Shown here one piece after another: positions 12,300 to 27,244 of a stretch of 64,000 bases of DNA; position 1 is the stretch's first letter; each line of letters opens with the position of its first letter. The notes under the pieces are model-generated. The model did not search any database. It worked only from the letters and a program-made list of their open reading frames with translations, and was not told where the DNA came from. Both the position numbers and the translations under genes were made by a program. The DNA is from Nageia nagi (Eukaryota; Plantae; Pinophyta): contig JBITNC010000001.1 of assembly GCA_050084985.1 (NCBI GenBank), forward strand, positions 117,490,001-117,554,000, written 5' to 3'.

Positions 12300-15200
12300 C
12301 AAACATAAAGCTTTTTTTAGATGCATAAGTTTATTGGATTATGTTTTTCTTTACCTTGAATTGTTGATAATTTATATAAACCTTTTCCATAATTTGAAAT
12401 GAGAATATGAGGACCTATCTAGTTAGGTTTGAACTCAACTTTCTTTATATTCTCAAGAGCTTTAGTGTTAGCAAGGTTTTTTTTAATACTAGGTCACCAA
12501 CCTTGAATTCTTTAGGCTTGATCTTTTTTCTATAGGTTTTTTGAATTCTAGAATGATAGACATAAAGGTATTCTAGAGCATTAACCCATTTTTTATCTAA
12601 GACCTCTAGTTGGGCTAACCTAACTTTCCTTGTATCTTTATCAAGAATGGGACCATCTAATGACATAGAAAATAATGGGATCTCTAACTCAATGGGAACC
12701 ATGTATTCATCACCATACATTAAAGAGAAAGTATTTTTCCCTATATAACTCCTTATGCTTATTATATAGGCCCACAAAGCATAAGGGGGGTGTTCATGAC
12801 AATCTTTAATATGCTTTGTGATAGTTTTGGATAAGATACTCTTAATGACCTTTTTAGATGCTTTAGCTTGACCAATACCTTGGGGGTAATATGGGGTAAA
12901 TAATTTCCTTTCAATATGATATTTGGCATAAAATTATTTAACTTCATTACCTTTAAATATGGTACCACTATTCATGAATAATTTATAAGGTATGCCATAA
13001 CTAGAAATGTAGAAATTCAATAATCTTACCTCCTTTTGTAGACTTCATGGGTATAGCCTCCATCCATTCCATGAAGTATTTTATATCTGAAATGATAAAC
13101 TTATGGACACTCATAAAATAGGGTTAATTTTACTAATAAAATCAAGTTCCCAAATACAAAAAGGCAAAGGGGATATAATATAATCAAATCATGAGAAGGG
13201 GAAGGTTGAAGATTAGCATTCTTTTGATATTGTTCACATTTCTTAACATGAAATTCATAATCTTTAAGCATAGTAGGTCAATAATAACCTATTATAAGTA
13301 ATTTTTGATAAATAAATTTAGCACTAAAGTGTTCACCACATTCACCATCATGAGCTTGATGAAGGGCCATGTCTAGTTCATGCGTCATTAAATATCTAAG
13401 AAGAGCATCATTAAAATACCATATATATTATAAATCACCAATGATGACATACTTGGTAGCTAGATTTTTAAGTCTAATTCTAGCATAATGATCAAAGGTA
13501 ATGGGAGCAAACACCATATTTAAGATAATTTAAAAGATCTTGATACCATTCACATACATTAATACAAGTAGTTGCATAAAAATGATCTTCAATAACATGT
13601 TCATTAGAAGGATTACCTATATTTTTTGATTGTAAGGATAATTTATTCATATTATATGTTAATAGGAGCAAGGAAAGTGGCACTAGCCATAGCATTAGTA
13701 TACTTGTTATCTCTAGGAATGTTGTCAATTTCATACTCATTGAAGTAGATGAGGAGATTCTCCACCATTTCTTTGTATGGTTGTAACTTAGGATATTTGG
13801 TGTTGTAGATGTTGGACACTTGCTTCATAGTGAGTTAAGAATCACCAAAAAGTTTGGTATTTTTTACTTTCATAAGTATTGTAACTTTCAAACCTAAAAT
13901 TAGAGCCTCATATTATGCCATATTATTAGTGCAATTAAAACATAAATGATAATATATAGGTATAACATCACCATGAGTATTTGTGAGGATAATTCCTATC
14001 CCTATTTCATGAATACCCTTAGAACCATCAAATAATAGGGTCTACTCATCATTTTCCATAAAACCAACAAAAACTTACAGGTAATCAAGCTCTAAAATAG
14101 AGTGACAATGTAGGACTGTAGCAGCAGTGCTAGATTCATGGTTATTTTGGTCATCCACTTCATAAATAAATTCTTCCTCCATGTAGGATACCTCATTTCA
14201 TGGGTGATTTATGATGAAATTTTCTATATCTTATCCATATATAAATTTTTGAGTGATAAAAACTAAATCAAACTCTTGAAGCAATATTACCCATTTTGTA
14301 GCTCTTTTAGATAGGTAGGATATGGATATGAGATATCTAAGAGGATCAAATTGAGATATGTAAAATGTTATGTTTCCAAGAATGTAATTTCTTAACATTT
14401 TGGTTGAAAATACTATATAGAAACAAATATTTTCAATTGGAGTATACCTTGTCTCATAAGCAAGTAAAGTCTTACTGATATAGTAGATTGCTCTTTCCTT
14501 ATTATTATCATCATTTTGAGCTAATATTCCCCCTAATGCACTTAATGTTTTTGAAACATAAAGTAACAAACTCTTTTTGAATTATAAGGGGCTAAGAATT
14601 AAGCATTAGTAAGGTACCTTTTCATGTTATCCAAAGCCTTTTGGTACTTCCATCCCAAATTAATTTCTCACCTTTCCTTAGCAAATGAGAAAATGGGTAA
14701 GTCATATCTATTAGCTGAGAAATGAATCTTTTGACTTATTGAACTTTTCCTTGAATACTTCTCAATTATTTTAGATTATTAGGAGAAGGAAAATATATAA
14801 TGGCTAAAAATTTCTTTGGATTCACCTTTATACCTCTTCTTGAAATAATGAAACCAAGAAATTTACCTAATAAGACTACAAATGCGTACTTCTGAGGCTT
14901 CAACTTCAATTTGTAATCTCTCATTATTTGGAAAATATTTCTCAAATATAAAATGTGATCATATTTGGTTTTTGATTTTTTCTAGTATATCATCAACATA
15001 CACCTCAACACTTTCATGGATCATATCATAAAACATACTCAACATGGCTCTTTGATAAGTTGCACCTATATTCTTTAGACCAAAAGACATGACAACCCAA
15101 TAAAAGATTCCCCAATGAGTAAAAAATGTTGTCTTATGTTGATCCTAATTTGATTGTAGCTAGAAACTCCATCCATGAAAGACAACATTTCATAGCTTGC

Positions 15201-18200
15201 TATTGAATCTACAATCATATCAATGTTAGGCAAAGGAAAGGTATCTTTAGGACATACCTTGTTCCCCTGAAATTTGTATAATATTTTATTTCACATTAGG
15301 CTTAGCTATAGGTACAGTATTAGAAATCCATGAAGAATAATAAATAAGAATAATAAAACTAGCAATAAGATATTTTTCTATTTCCTTTTCAATAGCAAGG
15401 GGTACCTTAGGGTGCATCTTTCTAAGCTTTAGTTGGATTGGTTTTGCATTTTCATTGATAACTAGGCTATGAGTGACAAAATCAAGATAAAAAATAGGCA
15501 TGTTAAGACCAAGAAAAATATTAGAGAACTCTTTTAATAGTACCTATAGGGTACCTTACCCATTCTTTCAAGGTTAACCAAGATCCTATTATGAACAACT
15601 ATGGATTATCTTGGGTATTGATATTTACTTCTATTATTTCTTCATTAAGATAAAATATTCCTTCTTTGAGTTGGGGAGGCATAAGAAGTGTCCCCATTCC
15701 TATATCTAAACTCATTTGTAAGAGATGGGAATAATGGAGTTGTGATGCTAAGATCCCAGTGCCATTACCCCATTAAAAAATAGGAATATTGACTATGAAA
15801 GATTGAATACCTAAACCTAAGATTGACTCAATGAAAAATGGAAAAAAAATGGAGAAATAGGTAAAGATCTAACCTACAATGTTTACATCATCTACATAGA
15901 TCTCCTCATCAAAATAAGCTTGATGTTGTAGAAACCAAATTGTTAGCCTCTTTTCACTAAATTTGGAGAACTCACTCTGTGATCCCAATTTCTCAAGGAT
16001 AACATCATCAATTCTAAAGATGTCCACTTGAACAAGGCTATAGGAGATAAGAATGGATCTACACAGTAAGCCTGTACATCCTATATAGGATCATGCATCA
16101 TGCCATAATGCAACCATTCATCAAATATATATCTATTATAGCCCTATTTACTACGATCAACATGTTGAATGACTAGAACTGATGAGGATGAGCCAAGTGT
16201 AGACTCATGAAATCTAATAGCAATTGTTGTCTATTGTTGAAAATCACTTGAAATAGGATCTATGATACCTTACTCATTCTTACCTAATTCTTTTCCACCA
16301 TATTGACATTATGCATATATTGGTTAAGGAAAGTAGAAAAAATACTATTAGAATGCATACTTCCTTGATCTAGTATACTTCATTGACCTAGTAATTTTTG
16401 TGAGACAAAAGTTGTATCTTCATTATCTGATGCACATTTTTCTTCATATTCATGATAGAGAACATTGACTTATTTAACAAGGTCATCATTTTTCTTAGTA
16501 ACAAAGTAGTAGTGCTTGGTTTCATTCTCTTTAGAGGGTAGTGATGTGTTTCTAAGACAGAAAGAGATCATCCAGGCTTCCTAAAATTCTCCCAAATATT
16601 AATATCTAGGATTTTATATGCTCCAAGGCTTAACTATTACAAATTGAAGTTGTTCAAAGGTGTTGATGCATCTTCCTCACTTTGAACCAAATCATGAGGG
16701 ATCCAAAACCTCTTAGCTACTTGATATACATCTATAGGATTATCTTTTGCATGAATAGTAACTTGTTTTCTTTTATGCATAAATTTAATTAACTGACACA
16801 ATGTGGAAGTGAAAGACCTAATCTTATGTATTAATGGTCTAACAAGCAACAAGTTATATGGTGATTTTACTATAAAAATATATTTTTTGATGAATAGTTT
16901 TACCACCTACTTCAATAGGAATAGACACATATTCAATGCATTCTTTTTAATTATTATCAAATACTTTTATTCTAATAGTTGTTCTTTTCATTTTTGCATA
17001 AATCAAAGGAAAATACATTTGCAACAATTTAATTAAACGCACATTGATAATTGAACCAGTATGAATCAAGTATTTTTTTACAAGAATATCATCAATATTA
17101 ACACAAATATACAATCTTAGATTTTTCTCAATAACATCTTCACTAGGCAATTCACTCTCTTGGAAGCAAAGTATGTTAGAAACTAAATTAGTATCAAGAT
17201 TAGATACTAAGTGAACAAATTTAGCAATATGAATATCTATATAAATTTTAATTTTCTTAAGTGCATCAAAGAAAGCATTTCTATGATCAATTGATAATTG
17301 CAAAAGCTTGAAAATATTTATCTTAGCATGAGTTACCTTTAGTTTCTCAAGGATTTGTTGCATACCAAAATTGCAAGGGACCTCCAATCATTTTGTTGTA
17401 TTTGAATTGACACTCCCTCTAGGCCTTCCTCTTCTAGTGGCACCACACAATTCCTAGTTGAATATGACATTCATTGTGAGGGGTTGGCTTTGTATGACTC
17501 AACTATATAGGTCTCATATTATATCTTACCATCATCCAACAATTTTTGTAATTATTTTCTTGAGATCATGCATGAATTTATTTTATGACCTTTAACCTTA
17601 TGATATTTGATAAATTTTACTTTATTCTACTAACTAGGTTTTTCATCATAAGGATCTAGATCTTATTTTGGATCAGTCTTGATTAATTCTTTTTGTAGGC
17701 AATCCTTGAACATAACAGTAGGAGCCAAAGGTAACCTAGTGTTCTTCCTAAAATTTTTCTTTGCTTGACTATTTTGTTGCTCTTTAGATGGGAATTCCTC
17801 TATGGAATGTACCTTTTTATATTCCTTTTTTTATGTATACCTCCCTTAGTCTCCTTATTAGGGTTTCTATATTTCAATTCACCTATATCAACTAAGCACT
17901 TCTTTTTTTGAGTAAGCCCATGCATAAGTTTTTTAAAAGGTAGTGTCATATAATTCAAGGCTATGAAATTCAATTTAGGATGGATATTATGTAAAAATAT
18001 GGATGTGACATTTGAATTGAATAAGGGTTTAAGAATCATGCTCAATATGTTTCAGAATTATTGTGCAAATTAATCAAATCTCTCATTTGGACCTTAGATA
18101 GCACTAACTAAATTTGAAATTATCATTTGTCTAGGAGCATGATATTTGAAATAGATAAAATTCTAAGATAAGTTATGCATAGCATTTAATGGATTTAGTA

Positions 18201-18600
18201 GGTAAATAAAAGTACCAATTGAATGCATCACTTCTAAATATAATAGGTAAATATTTAGCTATTAAGTTATTATTCATCCCAAATTTCAACTTAAACTTCA
18301 TCTTGATATCCTTCATATGTCCATAGGATCTCCCTCACCATTGTATATATCAAAAACAAGTTTCACTTGCAAATTAGGTTCTCTAGTATTGTGAATCTCA
18401 TCACATAGTGGATTCAAATCCCTAGACATGGGTGGAGAACCTCCAATGCATCGATTGTTTTCCCCAAAGTTAGAGGATTAACTTCTCTCTTCATTTCCAT
18501 ATAGAATTTTCTTAATATTAGTTTTGGTTTCCTCATTAAAGCTATTGACCATGGTAATAAACTCAGCTTGTTCCATTTCTAAAACACTTGAAATATAAGA
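12300..18600 (-). pseudogene. gag-pol pseudogene of element B
   Basis: ORF fragments 12445-12777 (INT C-terminus), 14231-14569 (RH), 15286-15501 (RT N-terminus), 16637-17387 (PR), in Gypsy order with aRH between RH and INT. Confidence 0.9.
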
Positions 18601-18668
18601 TTAGTCCTATCCAAAACCCTAGGGTTTTAGTGTAACTAGTAAAGGATAAAGTGATGTATCAAAAAGAA

Positions 18669-18681
18669 ATTAGGTTCACCA
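18669..18681 (-). promoter_or_regulatory. Primer-binding site of element B, tRNA-Trp type
   Basis: TGGTGAACCTAAT 2 nt inside the 5' LTR; matches the complement of the plant tRNA-Trp 3' end (TGGTGAACCCGAC) except for C>T/G>A transitions. Confidence 0.7.
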
Positions 18682-18683
18682 AT

Positions 18684-19409
18684 TATTATAACCAAAATAA
18701 TAATAATTAAGGTTATTTACATAATATTCAATTTAACAATTTATTATGAAATAATAGGAAATTAATTACATGAAAGATGATAAATATCTAATTAACTTTG
18801 ACCTATCAAAATTGGATTTATGAAAGATACAAACCTGTACTTTACCTATGATGATGATCAAAAGTGATATCCAATTGAAAGAGGATAAATGATGAGCTTC
18901 TCCAAAATATGGAGCGATAAATATCACCTTAACCTAGCAATATGCTAGAAATATAGCAATCCCACTTGGTTATCATTCCAAAATACCTTTCCCTTTTGTT
19001 AAATATTATTATCCCACCTTTGATGCATGGAATCTCACTCACAAATGGATGAAAGATTGTAAGAATATAGAGCTCAAAGTATAACAAAATCTAGAAATGA
19101 TAAGTGGCATTAAGAAACATCAATCAAGAATTACATAAGTATATTACCACCTATCAAGGATTTGAGATTATTTCATGTCATATCATATCTTTGATCATGC
19201 ACAACCCCTCCACCTTTATAGGAAATAGGTTTAGCACTAAGGCTTCTCCTTAGGTTTATTGTAATGTCAAGTTGACCTTTTACCATAAAACATAAAGATA
19301 GATGAGAGTACATATAGAAAAGAGCATTTATTTAATAAATTAAATAAATTATTTAAAATACCTAAAAGGGCATTTTAATTAAATTAAAATTCTTTTATAG
19401 GTGTTAACA
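18684..19409 (-). repeat. 5' LTR of element B
   Basis: Direct repeat of 10735-11460; + strand ends ...gtgttaaCA. Confidence 0.9.
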
Positions 19410-22400
19410 GCTTGTGCTTCCATTTGGGTTGTGTAATGCTCAAGCCACCTTCATGAGAGTCATGAATGAAGAACTTAGACCTTTCCTAAATAAATTTATA
19501 AATGCATACTTGGATGAAATCCTAATATTCAAAAAAACTCTAGAGGAACACCCTAAATAAGTGCTACAAACTCTAAAGAATAACATGCTCATGTTAAAGA
19601 TGAGTAAGTGTGAGTTTGGTAAGAACAGTTTGGTACATTTAGGCTATGTAGTTTGAAATATGTAGATGATGATTTATATTGAGAAAGTGAAGGATATTTT
19701 GGATTGGAAGAGACCTTAAAATATTAATAAAACTAGGAGCTTATTGGGTGCAACTCAATACCTCAAGAAATTTATTGCAAACTTTTTAGTTGTAGTAGCC
19801 CCATTACATGATATAATTGGTAAGAGGGTTGGTTTCTAATGGGGAAGAAAAAAATAGTGTGCATTTGATATATTAAAAGGGAATATTATCAATGCACTAA
19901 TATTATCATTTTCCAATTTGTAGAAAACATTTAAAATAAAAATAGATGCAATTGAGTATGCAATTGGAGCAGTGTTGATGCAAGGGTGGAAGTTGATGTG
20001 TTATTATTCAAAGAATCTTGGTGGAGAAGTGTTGAACTACCTAGTATATGATAAATAAATATTTTATATAGTACATATTTTAAATAAGTATAAGCATTAT
20101 ATAGAAATAAAATAAACCATCATCCACATTGACCACTAGCAAGTTATAGTAGGCAAGACACTTTAGGTGGATCGACATCTTACAATAATACCATATCATC
20201 GTCAAATAAAACAAGGGGAGTAAAAATAAGATTGCATAAATGTTATAATGGAAATTGATTCAAACATCCATGTCAATTCTAAGTATTAATTTAAAATGTT
20301 TTCCTTTTATGTAAGAATCATATAAGTAGAAATACTTAACCAACATGGACTTTAAATATGTGTATTCTAATTTTATTCATGAAACTATGTGTAGTGATGA
20401 TATTGACTATTTTATGAAGAATATATTGTTGTATAAGAGTAATATCTTATGTGTTCTTGAAGGGGAAAGGGTATAGCTCATTCGATAAGTACATACTTTT
20501 GATATCTCTAGACATTTTGGAGTGGAAAAAAGGTGGTTAATTTGCAAAGATAATTGTATTGGCCTTGGATGAAAGAATATGTTTCTAAATATATCAAGGG
20601 CTGTATTTAAAATTATAAAAGTAAGCTAACCAATAGGAATTTGGGATTTTTTATCCTTTTCCAATTCCTATAAGACCTTGGGAGAGCATCTCCATGGACT
20701 TTGCGGATGGTTTACCTCTAACCAAGAGGGGACATGATTACCTATTTGTAATTATTGATAGGTTTAGTGCCATGTTTATCCTCATTCCATGTAAGAAGAC
20801 TATTAATGGATAAGTTAAAATAGAAATATTTTTCTCTCATGTTTGGGTACATTTTGGATTATTTAGTTCTTTTATATCAAATAAATATAATTAGTTCTTC
20901 GGAAAGTTTCGAACAACCTTATGGGAGATGTTGGATACAAAGTTATAAAGAAAAACAATTTTTCATCCTCATATTGATAGCAAAAATAAGGTAGTGAACC
21001 AAAATATTGTTATCTTTCTTAGGGGATACTATAGCAAAAATCTAAAGTCTTTGGATGACCACTTGGCCTATATTCAACAATCATATAATAGAGTCATCCA
21101 CACCTCCACTAGTAAGACTCAATTTGAAACAAGCCATGGATACATTTTATTTTTACCATTTAACTATGTATTTGGGTAGAATCATGACTCTAATCTAATT
21201 TTAGATAAGGAGGAGAAATAGGCTAAGAAGTTCATTAAGAAGATTAGACTTGTCCATCTCAAGGTATAAGAGTAACTTGAAGCAAGTCAAGCAAAGTATA
21301 AAATATAACATGATTAATCATAAGTTCCAAGTGGGTGATCAAATTTGGTTACATATTAGCAAAGATCAATTAGAAGGACCTTCCAAGATGTTAAAACCTA
21401 TTCAGTATGGACCTTTTAAAATTTTAGATTAGGTTACTAAAAATAGCTTCAAGTTGGACCTATATGCTTATATGCAAATTTACTCAATCATCAATGTCAA
21501 ATGCCTCAACTTGTATGAGTCATTAATGTCTAACATCTTAAGTTGTATGAGTCATCTATGATAGATGAATATGAAAAAGATGTGGGTATAGTGTTATCAT
21601 ATGTTGAAGATTTAGCATCAAACATAATGGATGAACTAAAGGAGGACTCCATATTGCATAAGAAGTTAAGGATACTAGTAGTAGTCAAGAAGAAACTTGG
21701 CTTGTGGGAATGAAGGGAAACTTTCCCCAACATGTGAAATGTTACAATCAAAGTAAGGCTAAGGAGCTCTTTCATCACCTTATGTCTACCTAAGCATTTT
21801 GAGAACAAAATGCAGTTCCCATTTAGAAGATGTGATCTAGAGATATAGCTTCATTGGGAATTAGAGCTAGATATTTTCATGGTAAAGTATGGATCTATAT
21901 GTATGTTGAATAATCTGATATATTAAGCCCGTGACATAATGACTAGTGATAGAGTTCGACCACTTGAGACTTAACAACTAGTGATAGAGTCTAACCAATC
22001 AAGACTTAGCAAGTTAGTGATGAAAAATAAAATAGAATCTAATCAATCAATTATTCATTTGGCTAGATCAATGATCACCTAGGATCATTCATTTGGTATA
22101 TGGAAGTACAGATGAAGACATGGAAGAAGGTGACATGATGAATAAGCATGAACACCATCACTAGGAAATTGAAATGACCTAGCTGGCATTTCAACTTCTA
22201 CAACAAGATTATGATAATTAAAATAATATTAATAATAGTTAAAAGGAAATCAAGGGCATGTTAAGGGGGTGTTACAGAATTAAATATTTAGGTATAGAAG
22301 AGAAGACTAGAATCAAAGGTAAAAAGTGACTATAAAATAGAAACATTGAAGGTTGAGGCATGATTGGTTATGAAGGATCTATTTTTATGTTGAGAACATG

Positions 22401-22774
22401 ACTAAAGAAACTTATCCTTATTGTAATTATATTTCATATTAATTGATAAATTAGAAGACTACAATTGTTGAGGATGTGCTCTCATAATGAGAGGAAGCTT
22501 ACTAAATATATATACCATTATGAATGTTATGTCATATATGTTTCATTCATATTCATAATGTATAGTAGAATGAATATGTTGAATAGTTAAATTCACTTAA
22601 AATGAAATCTCTGATTGTAATGACCTACCTAATTAAACTTATTATGACCCAAATGTCTTTGGGAATTTGAATTTCATTTAGACTATTTGTGTTATGGGAT
22701 GACTAATAATGAATTGTTATATGTAATATGTGTGTCAATTTGATCCTAGCTTCAAGGTTGTTTTGACATAGGTT

Positions 22775-25700
22775 AATCCCCAAAATGCTCAAAAAAGAGG
22801 ATGACCTTGCGAAGAGAGAAGAGAACAATTTGGGCATCAAGAAAATGTTCATAAACTGCAATCTTCTTAATGAAAAATATAAGAAAATATTATGAAAGAG
22901 TAAAAGTATAGGATTCTTGAAATGGGAACAAGAACATCAAGCATAACATCTAAAAAACAAGAAGATAAAGGATAATAGTCATAGTCATAAAGAAGGTAAT
23001 CCACCCAAGTTTGAAAAAAGGCCATTTGGGAAAAAAAAAACAAAAGAAAAGAATTTTTAGAGGAAAAATTAGTAGTTTCATAAGTAAAACTATAACCTTG
23101 GGAATGGAAGCCAAGGTTCCCAAAACCATAGCCAAGTGTTTTCATACAAAATGGCTAACCAAAATATAACCAAGGATTAGTTTTTGAAACTGAAAAAGGA
23201 TCCTAGAGATGGATGTTAGAACTACTATGGAGCTCACTATGCAAATCAGTGTCCATTAAAGGTAGATCAATCTAAAGAGCATTATATTTTTTGTAGTTAT
23301 AGGATTAGCACATACCAAAGGAAAATCCACTCCCCTTCAAATTCCTGATAAAATCTCTATTAAAGTTTTTAGGGTTTTGATAGATTATGGTGATATAGAT
23401 AGTTTCATTTCAATTTCCTTAGTTAAAGACATGTATAAGGCACTAGAATTTTTTTACAAATGGATGACAAGTGGAGTTTGGTTCTAGATAGAATTACCCT
23501 ATTAAATAATATTTTATGAATGTTGAAATAGAATTACCCAATGGATCTATCATTTGGGATTTGTATGTGGTTACATTAGCCTCTTATGACATAATTTTAG
23601 GCATGGATTGGTTAATGTCTCACAAAGCTCTAATTAAATATCAAGAAATATGGGTAGAATACTCTGATGAGTATCAAACCCGATATAGGATATATAGTGA
23701 TCAAGGACTTTTTGAGCCTTATTTAGTCAAATCCATGTAAGTTAAAAGTAGCATAATAGAAAGGGAGATGATATATGAAGTCAAGGTTAAAGAGGTTGAA
23801 CAAAATAAGAAGGATATAGAGCTACTACACAGGTATCCTTTTCTACAAGAATACAAAGATGTATTCTTTGATGACCTACCAAGTTTGCCCCTAAAATGAG
23901 AATTTGATTTCTTAATAGACCTGGTACCTAGAGAAGAGCTTATTTCTTAAACTCCATATTGAATGAATACCATTAAGATGAAGGAGTTGAAAGTACAATT
24001 GCAAGATCTCTTAGAAAAGGGATTGATAAAACCTAGTGTATCACCATGAGGTAGTTTAGTGTTATTTGTAAAGAAGAAGGATGGTACCTTAAGGCTTTGC
24101 ATCAATTACAGTATACTAAATAAAGTCACCATCGAAAATAAGTATCCACTACCTAGGATTGATGATTTATTTGATCAGCTTAAGGATATTGTTATCTTTT
24201 CAAATATAGATTTAAGATTGGGATACCAACAATTGAGGATCAAGATTTCAAGTACTCATAAGATAAATTTCAAAACTAGGTATGGACATTATGAGTTTGT
24301 GGTATTACCCTTTGGGTTAACTAATGCACTTGTAGCTTTCATGCATTTGATTAATAGTGTGTATTGAGAATATCTTGATACATTTGTGTTGATAGTTCTT
24401 TATGACATCTTCATATATTCAAGGAATGAGTAGCATAACCATCACTTGAGAATGGCTCTAGATGTGTTAAGGAAAAATTAGTTATATACAAAATTATTAA
24501 AATATGAATTTTATGTCTCACAAATTCAGTATTTAGGCCATATCATTTCTAAAAATGGAATCTTAATCAATCCTAAGAAAGTAAAAGTAATAATGAGTTG
24601 GCCTATACCAACAAATGTGATTGAGGTAAGAATTTTTATGGGGTTAGCTAGCTATTATCAAAGGTTTTTCAAGGATTTCTCAAAAATAGATAATCATATT
24701 ACTAGCCTTCAGAAAAAGAATAAGGTCTTCAAGTGAACAAAAAAATGTGAGAAAGCTTTTGCTATCCTAAAATAAAGGCTTACCATAGCACATGTTCTCA
24801 CTATCCTTGATCCACATGGTGATTTCTTAGTATGCACAAATGCTTCAGTGGAAGGTTTGGGTGGTGTGTTATCATAGAATGGAAAACTTGTAGCATATGA
24901 ATCTAGTAAATTGAGAACTCATGAGTTGAATTATGGAACTCATGATCTTGAGTTTGCAACCATATTTCATGCACTTAATATGTGAAGACACTATCTTTTG
25001 GGAAATCCCTTCAAACTTGAGATAAATCATCAAAGTGTTAATTATTTGTTCACTTAGCTAAATTTAAATACCAAGAAAAGGCATTGGATGGAGTTCTAAC
25101 TGAGTATGAATTTGGAATTGAATACATTAAGGGAAGGAGAATAAGGTGGTATATTTCCTAAGTCATAAATGACATGTCAACTCCATGATACGAATTCAAT
25201 TTGATTTGTTTGATCAAGTACAAGTTTTACATCAAGAAGATCCATATTGTAAATCTATTTAGGAATTAATAGGGAAAGGAACCCTAACATCCCAATATTT
25301 TATTAAAAAATATGGAGTCCTTTGATCATCCTAGAAAAGGGTGATTTAAGGAATTTGATTATGCAATAAGCCCATCATCCCCCTTATGTAGCACATCCTA
25401 GAGGTATAAAAATTATAGGATTTGAAACAAAGATTTTATTGGGATGGTATGAAGAGAGACATAGGAGAATTTATGGCTATATGTATTGAATTTTAAAAGG
25501 TAAAAATTGAGCATCAGCATCTAGGTGGATATTTGTATTCACATGATGTTCCCATATATAAATGGAAGGTAATTTCGATGGATTTTATTGTTAGTTTTCT
25601 GAAAAACTAGGTTCCATCATGACTAAATTTTTGTAATGGTTGATAGATTGACAAAGGTAGCATATTTTATACCTAGAAATACTACTTATGATGTCCTTGG

Positions 25701-26590
25701 TATGGAAAATAATTTTTCACATGAGATATTCATATTGTATGGATTTCTAGAGGTGATCATATCAGATAGGGATTCAAAGTTCACCTTCATTTTTTGCAAA
25801 TCATTACACAAGGCAATGGGAACAAATTTAAATATGAGTTCAGCTTATCATTTAGATATATATGGAAAAATTGAATGTGTGAATATATTTCTTGAGGATA
25901 TGCTTATAATGTATTATATTGAACAAAATACTAAATGGGATGACTACCTCTATTTAGTCAAGTTTGCCTAGAATAATGGTATCTTTTTTATTGGCCCCTT
26001 TTGAATCTCTTTATGAAAGGATATATAGGACTTCTTTATCTTGGGATAATTGGGAGGATTAGGTGATGATATAACTTGAAATTTTAAAGCAAATGGAGGA
26101 GCAACTCAAGTCTATATGATAGAATCTCAAGGAAGCTACCAATCATAAAAAGAGTTATGTTGATCTTAAGAATATTTATGGGTGATAAATTATTCTTATG
26201 AGTTTTAACCATGAAAAATACTATAAATTCTACCAAATTAGATCCCTAGTTTGTGGGTCCATTTGAAATAGTCAACAAAAAGAGTCTAGTTGCCTACAAA
26301 CTTGCCTTACCACCAAGTTTGTCAAAAATGGATGATTTCTATCATATCTCATTGTTGAGAAGGTATATTGCTAACCCTTATCATGTGTTGTATTTTTATG
26401 ACTTGTAGATCTTGGACCCTCAAGATGGTGGTGTTCTCCTTGTTAAGATTCTAGCTTCTAGGATGATGAAATTAAGAAGTTGGAAATAAATGAATGTTTA
26501 GTCCAATAGGATAAATAATTTGAATCTTCTTCTAGTTAGGAAGATGTATTTTTAATGAGAAGATAATTTTCTTCTTTGTTTAAGTGATTA
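22775..26590 (+). pseudogene. gag C-terminus/pol pseudogene of element D
   Basis: ORF fragments 23516-23740 (PR), 24059-24367 (RT), 25636-25971 (INT); chromodomain remnant ~26430-26580. Confidence 0.9.
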
Positions 26591-27244
26591 TGTAAAATAT
26601 TATTGAACTCTATTATTTGTATTTAAGAACATAGGGAACTATGTTCCATTTTAAGGGGGTAGTATGTAATGACCTATGTAATTACACTTATTATGACCCA
26701 AATGCCTTTGATAATTTGAATGTGATTGAGACTATTTATGTTATGAGATGACTAATAATGAATGGTTATATGTAGTAATTGTGTTGATTTGATGATGGCT
26801 TCAAGGTTATTATGAAATAAGTTATAGGTTGGCTTGATGTAGAAGTCAGGTTGGATCCTAGGGAACCAAATATAAACTAGTTATAGGAATTTATTAGTAA
26901 GAGTGAGGAAATTATTAGTGTTGATTTGCTGACATCCCATAGGGACCTTAGTAAATCATATAGTTGCATATCTTAATTATTTTGTATGATGATTAATCCC
27001 TATGATGTGTATGTTATTTGTGTATGCACTAACAAAATTTACCTTGCAGTACAGGATGTCTCTGCAGGTAAGATTATGTGGTAAAATATTTATTATACAT
27101 TCTTAAATTGCTTTGGAAAATCAATTAGCTATTTTTGATATTGCAAGGAAAGATTTTAGATATTTAAATTTAAATTTTCGCTAAAGAATTTTATTTTTAT
27201 ATGTAATAAAATTCTAGGGTTATGTGAAAATAAATTTATCAAGA

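Larger units (their letters stand above)
10735..19409 (-). mobile_element. Element B: full-length degenerate Tat-type Gypsy LTR retrotransposon
   Basis: Two 726-bp LTRs; PBS at 18669-18681; purine tract (minus strand aaagtgggcata) next to 11460; gag knuckle KYHKVKGHKINSC, protease YLIHTGSIINV, RT, RH (ERAIYYISKTLLAYETRY), aRH (LLFDGSKG), integrase (KPKEFKVGDLVLK); degenerate TSD GCATT/GCTTG. Confidence 0.92.

Noticed and set aside
22867-23145. G-patch-like MKTLGYGFGNLGFHSQG ORF on the minus strand
   Set aside because: Antisense to the gag region of element D; the rest is Phe-rich translation of A-rich DNA
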